Below the pieces are notes generated by a model that searched no databases, was not told where the DNA came from, and was given only the letters and a program-made list of their open reading frames with translations. Of a DNA stretch of 58,058 nt, positions 6,539 to 15,060 are shown piece by piece. This DNA comes from a virus (taxonomy: Duplodnaviria > Caudoviricetes): the IMG/VR virus record IMGVR_UViG_3300009169_000026, positions 1 to 58,058 of that record. One strand, 5' to 3'. Each line of letters opens with the position of its first letter. Positions within the stretch are counted from its first letter, which is position 1. The translations under genes were made by a program, and so were the position numbers.

Positions 6539-7223
6539 TTACCAGAGGAGGGAGACCTTGCCCTTGGAGTATTCCTTGAAGGAGCATTCCTTGCCGGTTG
6601 AGTGATGCACGACCTTGCCGTGCTGAACCATGATGGTTCGCACCTTATCGCCTCTCATACCAGACCCGGCCTGTTCCTTACGGACCTTTGACAGGGCAAC
6701 CTGTTTCTTGTCTTTCTCAATTTGCAGAATTCGAGCACGAAGAAGAGACAGGGCGCTTTCCCTGTTCTGCTTCTGGCTTTTGTTGTCTTCTGCCCTTACG
6801 GAGATTCCTGTGGGAATGTGCTTGAGAATGACAGCGGTTTCGGTCTTGTTGCGGTGCTGCCCTCCAGGGCCTGAGCCTCTGGTGAACTGTTCTTCCAAGT
6901 CGGAAGGGTTGATTTTCACCTGGGCTTCGGTTGGCTCTGGAAAGCAGACAACCGTAACCGTAGACGTGTGTACCCTGCCACGCTTCTCGGTAGGGGGAAC
7001 TCTCTGCCAGCGATGACCACCAGCCTCGGAAGCAAACTTCTCTGCTCCCTTACCGGAGATTCTCAGAATGGCAAGACCGGGTGTTTTGTAGATAAGAGCT
7101 AGGTCAAAGACAATCTAGAATGCAGGCCTTTGCATAGATCCCGACCATGTCGTCAAGGATTAGCTTGGCATCGTCTCCGCCCTCGGCGGCTCGAATCTCT
7201 AGAATCATGGCTGTCTGTGACAT
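6539..7223 (-). CDS. class I peptide chain release factor homolog (RF1-type PxT, GGQ), +1 frameshift at CTT-TGA-C (7109-7103)
   Basis: frame 0 MSQTAMILEIRAAEGGDDA..CL*; +1 frame ..EAGGHRWQRVPPTEKRGRVHTSTVTV..GSGPGGQHRNKTETAV; GAAGGGG SD before ATG 7223. Confidence 0.9.
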
Positions 7224-7254
7224 AACGATTACCCCTTCAAATAGAAAGTAGGAG

Positions 7255-7346
7255 CGGAAGGCAGAGGACTCGAACCCCAGTCCCGATAAAGGGGCCCATC
7301 TATTTAGCAAACAGAGCCGCCGTCCGATTACGACGATTTACCTTCC
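7255..7346 (-). tRNA. tRNA-Ser(GCT), extended D stem
   Basis: TCTGT-TTGCTAA-ATAGA, long variable arm, G73. Confidence 0.82.
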
Positions 7347-7365
7347 AAACAGAAACAAAGAAACA

Positions 7366-7452
7366 CGGAGAGCACTGCACTCGAAACAGACCCCCTTGCG
7401 AGGGCGCACAACTTTCCAGGTTGGCCCGGCACGCCTGTCCGGTTTACTCTCC
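7366..7452 (-). tRNA. tRNA-Ser(GGA), extended D stem
   Basis: CCAAC-CTGGAAA-GTTGT, long variable arm, G73. Confidence 0.8.
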
Positions 7453-7457
7453 AAAAC

Positions 7458-7886
7458 CTAATACTTCAAAGTCATCTTACGAAAGGATAGGTTCATGTGT
7501 ATAAGACTTGGTTTCTGCTCACTGTAGTCCAGATCGTCAAATCTCACAAGTTCTGGGCTTACACCCACAAACTCCCACAGGCTTATAACGGTGCCACTCC
7601 TATCAAGTTGCTTGACCCTTGCTTTTAGGTTCTTTCTTTTCATAGCCTTCTTGCAGAAGGTCATGACTCCCTGACTTCCTGACGGAGCAAGGGGATTGTA
7701 CAGCACCACCTCTAGGTTTGTCTTGTAGGTTAGATTTCCTTCTGTACTGACAGATATCTGAGGTAGTCTAACGGCCTTAACGAGAAAGGGCTCTATGTCA
7801 TCCAATTCCAAAATGAAGCGAGAATTAAACTTTGGCTCAAACTTGGTTGGAAGCAACTCAACTGGCTGAAGGGTTTCTGTGATCAT
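7458..7886 (-). CDS. tail tube protein paralog (T4 gp19-like)
   Basis: FEPK..RFIL, LYNPLAPSG, LDRSG.VI..W...G..P..V.FDDLDYS pattern. Confidence 0.7.
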   Translation of the reverse strand: MITETLQPVELLPTKFEPKFNSRFILELDDIEPFLVKAVRLPQISVSTEGNLTYKTNLEVVLYNPLAPSGSQGVMTFCKKAMKRKNLKARVKQLDRSGTVISLWEFVGVSPELVRFDDLDYSEQKPSLIHMNLSFRKMTLKY

Positions 7887-7917
7887 CGACCATAACTAGG
7901 CCGCAGACTTATTTTTG

Positions 7918-8088
7918 CTACCGCTTTTCCTTGGAAGGTTTTTTCTGCCAGTCCTTGGGTATGATCTGTTCTCCGACCGTCCCGATAACGTCAAGAAGAA
8001 AGTAGAGGAAGAACGCCATGGTAATGCTGACTCCCAGGAGAACAGCGATCACGACGAAGAGCACTCCGAACCCGATGTAGTAGAACAT
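7918..8088 (-). CDS. small membrane protein (56 aa, not in ORF track)
   Basis: MFYYIGFGVLFVVIAVLLGVSITMAFFLYFLLD..KEKR*, one hydrophobic helix. Confidence 0.6.
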   Translation of the reverse strand: MFYYIGFGVLFVVIAVLLGVSITMAFFLYFLLDVIGTVGEQIIPKDWQKKPSKEKR

Positions 8089-8125
8089 AACTCGTTACTC
8101 ATTCACGCTGAGAAGAAAAGAGAAA

Positions 8126-8214
8126 CGGAAGATAGAGGTCTCGATCCCCATACCATCTAAATGGCACAATCCGCTTTCGAGGCGGTTCCGGCATACCCAT
8201 CCGGTTTATCTTCC
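8126..8214 (-). tRNA. tRNA-Ser(CGA), extended D stem
   Basis: ACCGC-CTCGAAA-GCGGA, long variable arm, T loop ATCGAGA. Confidence 0.82.
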
Positions 8215-8277
8215 ACTGTAACGGAAGTTCACTACAAGGATAAATAGTCCCTCAGTCCTTGTCTCTTACAAAGTAAG

Positions 8278-8562
8278 TCAGTCTCCAAAGTCGTGATGAT
8301 ACATAGACCACAGATAGGTTGGGTGCTCATCGCCAGCATCTTCCGCACCAGACGACGAAGAAGCACTGGAACAGGAACACCCCTCGCAGGAGCCGCAATC
8401 CTCGGGGGTAGAGTCCTCTGTCGTCGGCGCAGCGGCAGGCGGGTAGAGTGCCGAGCTATAGGCAGAACAGTGAAAGTTGGAGCATTCCACGTTACCCAAA
8501 AACGAAACATAGCACGGACGTGTTCCGCACCTTGGACAAGCCTCACCTTGAATTTGTTGCAT
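8278..8562 (-). CDS. small Cys-rich (zinc-ribbon-like) protein
   Basis: CPRCG..C..ECSNFHC and CGSCEGCSC. Confidence 0.6.
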   Translation of the reverse strand: MQQIQGEACPRCGTRPCYVSFLGNVECSNFHCSAYSSALYPPAAAPTTEDSTPEDCGSCEGCSCSSASSSSGAEDAGDEHPTYLWSMYHHDFGD

Positions 8563-8594
8563 TTCTACACTTTCTTTCGTGTCTGTAAATTGAA

Positions 8595-8657
8595 GAAGCC
8601 AGGAAGAAAACCACTGTTCCCGGAGATTAGAGGGGAGAGGTCTACCTTCCTGGCTTC
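8595..8657 (-). other. hairpin with perfect 12-bp closing stem
   Basis: GAAGCCAGGAAG/CTTCCTGGCTTC. Confidence 0.5.
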
Positions 8658-8659
8658 AT

Positions 8660-9105
8660 ACCCTTGCGGGATTTAGGAACTTGAACAACCATACGGCAAG
8701 ACGAAAAAGATTCTTACAGTACAGGAGCTCAAAACCCAGGGTTCCTAATGGGCCTGGTACCGATTACCCTGGCGGGGGATTATTGACAACCGTTGATATC
8801 GGGGCGAGACCGGATCGGTTGACTGACCTTGGTAGTTTTCATCTACCCATTACTTTTAGTCGTGAAACCAAAAGAGTTGTAAAATAACTCGGCTCATACA
8901 GATTGCTCTGTCCTGACGAGAACGCCACCCTGCCCCCACTATTACTTTTCGGCCTCTGTTTCTTCGTGATGTGAGAGACTACCTCACGCACGAAGCCACT
9001 TCACGACTGGACCATTAGGGGACAGACTCACGCTTCTGCTCTCAGTGGTTAAACCTCGAGTTTTTCTTCATTCCCCACCAATATAAGGGGCAGGGAGCAA
9101 GTAGG
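8660..9105 (-). ncRNA. candidate large pseudoknotted ncRNA
   Basis: no credible ORF; three long-range 8-9 bp helices, GNRA-capped hairpins, directly downstream of tRNA-Ala. Confidence 0.6.
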
Positions 9106-9111
9106 AAGCTC

Positions 9112-9183
9112 TGGACCGACAGGGGATCGAACCCTGAATTCCTGCGTGCAAGGCAGGTGTGTTCCCATTAGCACTATCGGCCC
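9112..9183 (-). tRNA. tRNA-Ala(TGC)
   Basis: CCTGC-CTTGCAC-GCAGG, G3:U70. Confidence 0.92.
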
Positions 9184-9223
9184 GTGTATGCGATATCTCG
9201 TTTGAGGAGATAGCACATTTCTA

Positions 9224-9252
9224 ACTATAGCTGACCGTACAAACTTTGTTAA
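9224..9252 (-). promoter_or_regulatory. sigma70-like promoter
   Basis: TTAACA-17-TATAGT upstream of tRNA-Ala. Confidence 0.6.
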
Positions 9253-9277
9253 TCTATTTTGGTGCTAGCCGCCCGGA

Positions 9278-9691
9278 TTAAACCCAATAGGAAGCCAATG
9301 CAAATCCATGCTTTGCATAAAGCGCCTGACCAGCCCTGTTCCAGGGAGCAGCTACCACCTTCGGAATTTCGTTCCGAGCCGCAGAAGACTTCACCCGCTT
9401 CATAAGCTTACTTGCAATGCCACGGCCACGGTGAGGCCTTGCCACATAGCACCCGACCTGCCACGGAGAGGCACCAATCGGAAAACGCTTGCAAATCATG
9501 GCCCATCCAACGATCTGCCCCAGATGCCAAGCCAGAATGTAGATTCCGTCTCGCTTGCAAGAAAGATCATGCAGAAGGGCCGAGCCAATTCCATGGCGTC
9601 CCCAGCCGCCATTAGTTAGAAACCGGAGTCGCTTGACCACGTCAGGCCGAGAAAAAATCTCGTATGCCTCATACTCTCGAATCTGAACCAT
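9278..9691 (-). CDS. GNAT family acetyltransferase
   Basis: YVARPHRGRGIASKLM, N.AGQALYAKHGF. Confidence 0.85.
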   Translation of the reverse strand: MVQIREYEAYEIFSRPDVVKRLRFLTNGGWGRHGIGSALLHDLSCKRDGIYILAWHLGQIVGWAMICKRFPIGASPWQVGCYVARPHRGRGIASKLMKRVKSSAARNEIPKVVAAPWNRAGQALYAKHGFALASYWV

Positions 9692-9721
9692 TTGCGTATA
9701 CCCCTTTGACTATCTCTGAAA

Positions 9722-10042
9722 TTAGCCAATTGCAAAATTGACGGTGCGGACAAAAGCCTTGGGCGGCTTTACCATTTTCAGCCAGCGGCCCTGAGGCTCA
9801 GACCAGCGAAACCAAGTCTGATTTGCTGGAGAGCAAGTCGAAATGCAGTACATATCGTCAAGCTTTATCTTTTCGATTACTGCATGTGAGTAAAGTCGTT
9901 CCTCGAGACCACCAGCATTTGTCAGAATGATGTGCTCAGCCTTTTCATGGGTGGAGCACAGGACCGGGGTGCGAGTGGCAGTGTTACCGGCCAGGCTCAT
10001 GTAGAGCGTGGTTACTGTGTAGACAAAGTCGGAGTGGCTCAT
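9722..10042 (-). CDS. hypothetical protein
   Basis: start MSHSDF with ATGA overlap. Confidence 0.65.
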   Translation of the reverse strand: MSHSDFVYTVTTLYMSLAGNTATRTPVLCSTHEKAEHIILTNAGGLEERLYSHAVIEKIKLDDMYCISTCSPANQTWFRWSEPQGRWLKMVKPPKAFVRTVNFAIG

Positions 10043-10260
10043 ATTAAGCCTTTCTCGGCATTTTTTGCCATAGCCATGGCGTATCCACGAGCCTCGTAGT
10101 ACAAGCAAACGAGGTCGTGCAGGTCCCCAACGCTCGTCGGAGAGCCCCAGTGGTGACGGGTCTTGACGTTCAAGAGAAAGACTTTCTGCTCGTCATCAAG
10201 ACCACCGTGCTCCTTGAGCACGAAGTGCGCCATGTCATACGGTGACGTATTCGGAGGCAT
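10039..10260 (-). CDS. hypothetical protein
   Basis: start MPPNT just after upstream stop. Confidence 0.55.
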   Translation of the reverse strand: MPPNTSPYDMAHFVLKEHGGLDDEQKVFLLNVKTRHHWGSPTSVGDLHDLVCLYYEARGYAMAMAKNAEKGLI

Positions 10261-10268
10261 TGTATTTA

Positions 10269-10580
10269 TCAGGTTGCGGGCTTGCTGACTGCCCAGTGAG
10301 TAAAGCACACGGTGCTGGGTAGCTGGTACTCTCGAATTAGAGCCTTGGTATCTTCCGGGAAGGCAAGATTCACCATTTCACGAACCTTGTTGCTGAGATC
10401 GGCCATGGCTCGCTGATAGGCCTCAAACCTCTCAATTACCTTTGAGAGCCGGTTAATCTCATCCTGGAGGATAGCCTGTGCTTCAAGGTTGCCCTTAAGG
10501 CTGAAAACCGCAATTTCCAGGGTCATCACCTGGAGCCGGTAATCTGCAAGGAAATCCTGGGCCGTCTGCTCCTTGATCAC
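10269..10580 (-). CDS. hypothetical protein (coiled-coil)
   Basis: GTGA overlap coupling. Confidence 0.6.
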   Translation of the reverse strand: MIKEQTAQDFLADYRLQVMTLEIAVFSLKGNLEAQAILQDEINRLSKVIERFEAYQRAMADLSNKVREMVNLAFPEDTKALIREYQLPSTVCFTHWAVSKPAT

Positions 10581-10816
10581 GGTAGACCTGCTCTCTTTGC
10601 TAGATAGAGTTTACGCCAAACTGTAAGCACCACTCTGTGGCCGAGTCCTAGTCGTGGTTCCGGTCGGCGAGGCCGAGAAATCAGGTTGGTAAATGCGGCT
10701 TTGTTGTGCCAGGGATACGCAGGCGTGCCCTTGTTATAGAACCCAGGCTTGAGCACAAAGCGGAAATACTTCACCTCATTCCGCAAGGTGCTACACAGCT
10801 TGTTCTCACCAGCCAT
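10577..10816 (-). CDS. hypothetical protein
   Basis: operon packing. Confidence 0.5.
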   Translation of the reverse strand: MAGENKLCSTLRNEVKYFRFVLKPGFYNKGTPAYPWHNKAAFTNLISRPRRPEPRLGLGHRVVLTVWRKLYLAKRAGLP

Positions 10817-11063
10817 TGAAGTCTGCCTCGTTCTGAACGAACTGTCGAGTTGAGTAGTGGCCGAGGCTATCCCAGTTTGGGGCCGAACGAAGCCACCGTT
10901 TGCGATCCTCTTCCTGGGCTAGCTCTGCTCTGGCCTTGGAAGTGAAGACACCAATGAATCGGCGCTCACGGTCCCGGTGATTCTCAGTCCAGTAAAGAAC
11001 GAAAAGCTCAGGCTTGGCAACCTCGGGAATGCTTTCGTCGGGAGCATGAATTCCATTTTCCAT
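10806..11063 (-). CDS. hypothetical protein
   Basis: FIGVFTSKARAE motif common in small phage proteins; AAGGAG SD. Confidence 0.65.
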   Translation of the reverse strand: MENGIHAPDESIPEVAKPELFVLYWTENHRDRERRFIGVFTSKARAELAQEEDRKRWLRSAPNWDSLGHYSTRQFVQNEADFNGW

Positions 11064-11069
11064 CTGCCA

Positions 11070-11393
11070 TCACTCCTTATCGGCCGATCGGCGAGCGTTC
11101 TCGGCATTCATTACTCGAAACACGAACCGGTCGAGCACAGGTCCGAGATCGCTCAGCAGCAGGCTGATGATCTTTGCGAAAGCAGCGAACAGGAAGAGCG
11201 GCCACAGGATTGAGTTGACAACCACTCTCAGGGCGAGGTGGTGCGCTTCAATCTTGGTAATCGGTGGCATCTCCGTGCCGTGGTCCTTGCGGTACTGCCA
11301 GCGGAACAGAAATCGAGTTAGGACCACGGCGATCGGAGGAAAACAGAGGCCGACACCCGCATAGACACCAATCGCTAGCAAAACCGTACTCAT
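11070..11393 (-). CDS. small membrane protein
   Basis: two hydrophobic segments, ILWPL motif. Confidence 0.65.
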   Translation of the reverse strand: MSTVLLAIGVYAGVGLCFPPIAVVLTRFLFRWQYRKDHGTEMPPITKIEAHHLALRVVVNSILWPLFLFAAFAKIISLLLSDLGPVLDRFVFRVMNAENARRSADKE

Positions 11394-11438
11394 CTTTTTA
11401 CCTGCCGAAAAAGGAGGAAGGGATGGATGTACAGAAAA

Positions 11439-11511
11439 TGGGACGTGTGGGGAACGATCCCACGACCGACGGGTTAAAAGCCCGCTGCTCTGCCGACTGA
11501 GCTAACGTCCC
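11439..11511 (-). tRNA. tRNA-Lys(TTT)
   Basis: GCGGG-CTTTTAA-CCCGT. Confidence 0.9.
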
Positions 11512-11573
11512 AATATTTGTCAGGTAGGGACCAACCACCCTGACAAATACCGGAGAAAGTCAAAGAAAAGGAT

Positions 11574-11647
11574 TGTGAACGCAGAGGATTGAACTCTGAC
11601 TTGCTGGGTCACGACCAGCCGTGCGGGACCTTTACACCACGCTCACC
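11574..11647 (-). tRNA. tRNA-His(GTG), atypical C33 and A73
   Basis: GCTGG-TCGTGAC-CCAGC, G-1 present. Confidence 0.8.
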
Positions 11648-11704
11648 ACGAGGTAAATAGAGTGTGAAAAACTCTATTTTCTCAGACCTGGGCACCGTTC
11701 TCTA

Positions 11705-11944
11705 TCAGCGAGAGAAGATGACACGTCGGGTCAGGTGGTCATGGCGACGAACACGGCCGAGATCGTCGATCGACTCGACGGTGGTGCGCTTCTGTCGATC
11801 GAGCACCACGTCACCGAACCGACTCGGGCCGATGTTCACAAGCTCGATGGTCGAACTTGCCTCCACGACGAGGAAATAGTCCTCACGACCGAGGGCCGAA
11901 GCAGTGATCACGTCGCCAGTACGAAGGGTCTTGATAGTACGCAT
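11705..11944 (-). CDS. hypothetical protein
   Basis: GC-rich codon usage, downstream of promoter. Confidence 0.65.
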   Translation of the reverse strand: MRTIKTLRTGDVITASALGREDYFLVVEASSTIELVNIGPSRFGDVVLDRQKRTTVESIDDLGRVRRHDHLTRRVIFSR

Positions 11945-12048
11945 TGTCTTTTCTACCTTTGGGAACTTTAGAGAGAGGGTTGTTTGTTTATCGGGCCGGG
12001 TCGGAGAACCTCACCGGCTCTGTCTGTCTAGCTCTTGGCTACTTATCT

Positions 12049-12077
12049 AATATAGCATGGTCACGAACCAAAGTAAA
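12049..12077 (-). promoter_or_regulatory. sigma70-like promoter
   Basis: TTTACT-17-TATATT with TGn extension. Confidence 0.65.
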
Positions 12078-12100
12078 CCATTATTTTCTAAGGGTTTTTG

Positions 12101-12475
12101 CTATGTTTTATCCGTAAATGGTATCACGTTCAACCAAACGTCGATTGGGGCATACAGAACCACGTTATCTACAACGATTTTCAGGTAATAAATCTCACCT
12201 ACCTTTTCCCCTTCATCAACAAGGAGAAACATTGTGTTGGGGGCCAGGATCTTGACCACGGATGGTGTAGAGGGTGCCCCATCAAACACCGCACTTCCAT
12301 ATCTGAGTGCTAGTGACAACTGGCCGCTGTCATATATCTCAATGACCGCTTTACAGGCGTGACTAACGTAGTTCCTGGGAAGCGGTGACACGGGCGGAGA
12401 AAGGAAGCATAGAGCGGCATTGGGACCAAAGCTGTACAGACTTCCAACCTTTATGGGAGGATAGTCCATGGTCAC
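12101..12475 (-). CDS. hypothetical protein
   Basis: GTGA overlap with RNA ligase. Confidence 0.65.
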   Translation of the reverse strand: MTMDYPPIKVGSLYSFGPNAALCFLSPPVSPLPRNYVSHACKAVIEIYDSGQLSLALRYGSAVFDGAPSTPSVVKILAPNTMFLLVDEGEKVGEIYYLKIVVDNVVLYAPIDVWLNVIPFTDKT

Positions 12476-13500
12476 TTCTCAAGGTAACGATTAGAGACGT
12501 ACTTCAAAGCAACACGCCCAATGTCATAGTTGCGTCGCTCGTTTACAACCTTTACCACGACGCCCTCTCGGACGTGGCCCGCACTATTGAAGGTCTCATT
12601 CTGCTCAGCAAGCTCAGCAATAACCTTGGGGTCATTGGGACCAGCATACAGAACGGGAAGGAAGTTCAATCCAGCATAGTCGGGGTGCGAAAACTCCGAA
12701 TTAACGACCCAACGATTATCTCGCAGAATGTCGAAGATTACCACGCCAAACTGGTTGTTGGCCAGACCGTAGTGAAATCCCCGCTGAATCTGGGGTCCGA
12801 ATACCTCGGCATAGAGGACGACACCGGGATGATCCTTGCACCAAGCCTCAAGCCATGGATTCTGCTCATTGGCAGCCCACCACGCATTCTGTTTTACCTC
12901 AATAGGCTCTGCATCCCCAGCAGGAAAAATCATGGAACCAGGACGCATCTTCCACTGCGTCCGGCTGCCGCACCACATTCGATCACCGTGCCAAACGAAG
13001 CGTGCATTGCAACCATGGATCTTAGGAGTAAGGATAATATCCTCGCCATCCTCTAGGATGGAGCGGTACTTCTTCCAATTCTCGAGATCGTACTTTGGGG
13101 CAAGGATCTCAGGACCCTTCTCCGCAAAGGCTCCCTTAACCATTAGCTCCTCTGGAGGCTCGTACCGTGTAACCCCAAGACCCTCAATGACATTGTCTCC
13201 CTCGACAGAGCCGGGGGGAGCGGCAATCAAAAGACCCTGAGAGTAAACTCCACGCAGGCGACGAACGGCAATACGGTGGCGTGGTCGATCCTTTCCTGGC
13301 TTAGCCAGGAAGGAAAACTCCGGTCGGTCTAGAGGGACCTCGTAGTCAGGCTCAATGTAGGCCGCAAGATCACCGACCTTGAAAGAATCCTTTCGGATTG
13401 CACAAATGTATCCCCAAACCGGGATCAACTCAAGGGAGTCGGCATCGGGGTGCGGAGTGATCTCGGTGATCTTAATCACATTAACTGCGTGTGTACTCAT
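12472..13500 (-). CDS. ATP-dependent RNA ligase (Rnl2/DRB0094-type)
   Basis: N-terminal HPDADSLE OB-like domain, LRGVYSQGL, KIHGCN motif I, EVFG, FDI, REGVV, ALK. Confidence 0.9.
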   Translation of the reverse strand: MSTHAVNVIKITEITPHPDADSLELIPVWGYICAIRKDSFKVGDLAAYIEPDYEVPLDRPEFSFLAKPGKDRPRHRIAVRRLRGVYSQGLLIAAPPGSVEGDNVIEGLGVTRYEPPEELMVKGAFAEKGPEILAPKYDLENWKKYRSILEDGEDIILTPKIHGCNARFVWHGDRMWCGSRTQWKMRPGSMIFPAGDAEPIEVKQNAWWAANEQNPWLEAWCKDHPGVVLYAEVFGPQIQRGFHYGLANNQFGVVIFDILRDNRWVVNSEFSHPDYAGLNFLPVLYAGPNDPKVIAELAEQNETFNSAGHVREGVVVKVVNERRNYDIGRVALKYVSNRYLEK

Positions 13501-13795
13501 TGGCTTTACTTTCTGCTGGTTTTTCCAGAGTTTCAATCACTCTTACAATGGTGTCGAGGTACCAGACGGGTACCATCCAGACATGGTCTTGAATCAAGAA
13601 CCGGGCTACTGAACAATCAAGAGAGGTGCTGACCACCGTATCAAGATACACGAGAATGGTGCCAGGCTCTAGGACCTTGGGAAGGACACTTCTGTTTCTC
13701 CATTTAGTGCTGTTCAGTGAATCCGGTGACATAGTCACCATCACGGTGCGAGTGACAATATAGGTATCGCCCGGCCTTTTGAAATACGTGTACAT
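13481..13795 (-). CDS. hypothetical protein
   Basis: ATG at 13795 (MYTYFK). Confidence 0.6.
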   Translation of the reverse strand: MYTYFKRPGDTYIVTRTVMVTMSPDSLNSTKWRNRSVLPKVLEPGTILVYLDTVVSTSLDCSVARFLIQDHVWMVPVWYLDTIVRVIETLEKPAESKANEYTRS

Positions 13796-13796
13796 T

Positions 13797-14134
13797 TTAC
13801 TCAAGTCGTTCAACCGAAATCTTCTTGAGCTCTAACCAGCTTGGACAAAGAATCCACCAAACCTTGTCCCCATAAATCACCGAAGCATGAGTGTCTTTTA
13901 CTGCGGCAACCATAAACGGAACGTTGGGGAGGTGTGGCCTATCTTACTGCCCAGATATTCGCTAATCCTAATGACGGCATTGTTGGTAGCGGACGTAGCG
14001 GCGCATACAGCCGGATAAACTCCAGAAGAACCGCTACCCGCCTTAAGGGCGTCGTCATGGCTCTGATACAGAAATATGCAGAAACCGCTGGAGTAAACGC
14101 TCCCAGCCTTTAACTCAAGAGGTTCCTGTTCCAT
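13797..14134 (-). pseudogene. frameshifted hypothetical gene
   Basis: frame 0 stops at 13898; -1 frame from the TCCCCAAC run gives PNVPFMV..VIYGDKVWWI..* ending 1 nt before next ATG. Confidence 0.55.
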
Positions 14135-14228
14135 GTTTACCTTCTGACAAAGACACCGATAGGATTCGCACCTACATTTTGTGAGGTTGCAGCTCACACC
14201 CTAACTTTTCGAGGCACAGCGTCTAATT

Positions 14229-14585
14229 TTACCACGTCGTCGTGCGTCGCCTAAACCTGCGACGCTCATCAGCTTGTTTTGATAGGCTAATTGAAGCACG
14301 CAGCCGAGCGAGGACCCGAGGATCCCTGAGAAAGTGCATTAGGCTGCAATTCCCACGATCTCTGTTGCACTCGAAACAGACAACCAACAGGTTTTCGTTG
14401 CAAGCAGGCCCGCCATAGGACTTTGGAATGATGTGATCGAGCGTGGCTACATTTCCTTCCACCTTCGTCTTGCCATGAACGTGAAGTGTCATGGGGATTC
14501 GGCAATACGCACAGCGCCCGCCAAACTCTTCAAAGGTGCGATGCTTGAAGGGCTGCTTCCTCTGACTATGGTTCTTTGTCCACAT
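14229..14585 (-). CDS. HNH endonuclease
   Basis: CAYC, TLDHIIPKSYGG, NLLVVCFECN. Confidence 0.9.
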   Translation of the reverse strand: MWTKNHSQRKQPFKHRTFEEFGGRCAYCRIPMTLHVHGKTKVEGNVATLDHIIPKSYGGPACNENLLVVCFECNRDRGNCSLMHFLRDPRVLARLRASISLSKQADERRRFRRRTTTW

Positions 14586-14593
14586 ATATCCCT

Positions 14594-14622
14594 AGGATAG
14601 CATGGAACCTGACCGATTTTAA
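14594..14622 (-). promoter_or_regulatory. sigma70-like promoter
   Basis: TTAAAA-17-TATCCT with TGn extension, 8 nt before ATG. Confidence 0.55.
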
Positions 14623-14629
14623 CCAATAA

Positions 14630-14700
14630 AGCGAATAGGGAGAGTCGAACTCCCGCCTTCTGAATGGCAATCAGAAATGCCTCCGTAACACCTTATTCGC
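14630..14700 (-). tRNA. tRNA-Gly(GCC)
   Basis: TCTGA-TTGCCAT-TCAGA, U73, A8. Confidence 0.85.
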
Positions 14701-14706
14701 ACTAGA

Positions 14707-15060
14707 CTAGACTTCCATATGGCATCTTGCTGGCCATGATGGCTGACAAACTCCCCACCGACAATCAATCTTCCTTGACTCCATCTCCCTCTTTAGGAGC
14801 CTCATATCCCTTTCGTCCAAAAATCCTGTAGAGTACAGAACCTCTCCGGGGATACGGACCTCGATCCTCTCTTCCATAACGCCCATGGCTTCCCTCCTAT
14901 CAAGAAGGAGAAAGGCGCTCTTTACGGAATTGGCTCTATCAATACGTAGGGCATGAAGCTGAATATCTTTCCTGTGTTCTTCATTAAGATAGTCAACAGG
15001 ATAGAGCTCGTCACGCTCAATGTCACTCTTTGTTCTAATGTTCATGGGATTCTCTACCAA
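14707..15060 (-). CDS. hypothetical protein
   Basis: operon packing; start uncertain. Confidence 0.55.
   Translation of the reverse strand: MVENPMNIRTKSDIERDELYPVDYLNEEHRKDIQLHALRIDRANSVKSAFLLLDRREAMGVMEERIEVRIPGEVLYSTGFLDERDMRLLKREMESRKIDCRWGVCQPSWPARCHMEV

Noticed and set aside
7224-7310. Upstream extension of the RF first ORF to 7310
   Set aside because: Overlaps tRNA-Ser(GCT); the SD supports ATG 7223
7255-7346. tRNA-Sec (selC)
   Set aside because: 5' end resembles selC, but the anticodon is GCT and the acceptor stem is 7 bp
8660-9105. RNase P RNA or group I intron
   Set aside because: No GAGGAAAGUCC or ACAGAA..CGGC pair; GAGAGACTA has no matching S element and no interrupted gene
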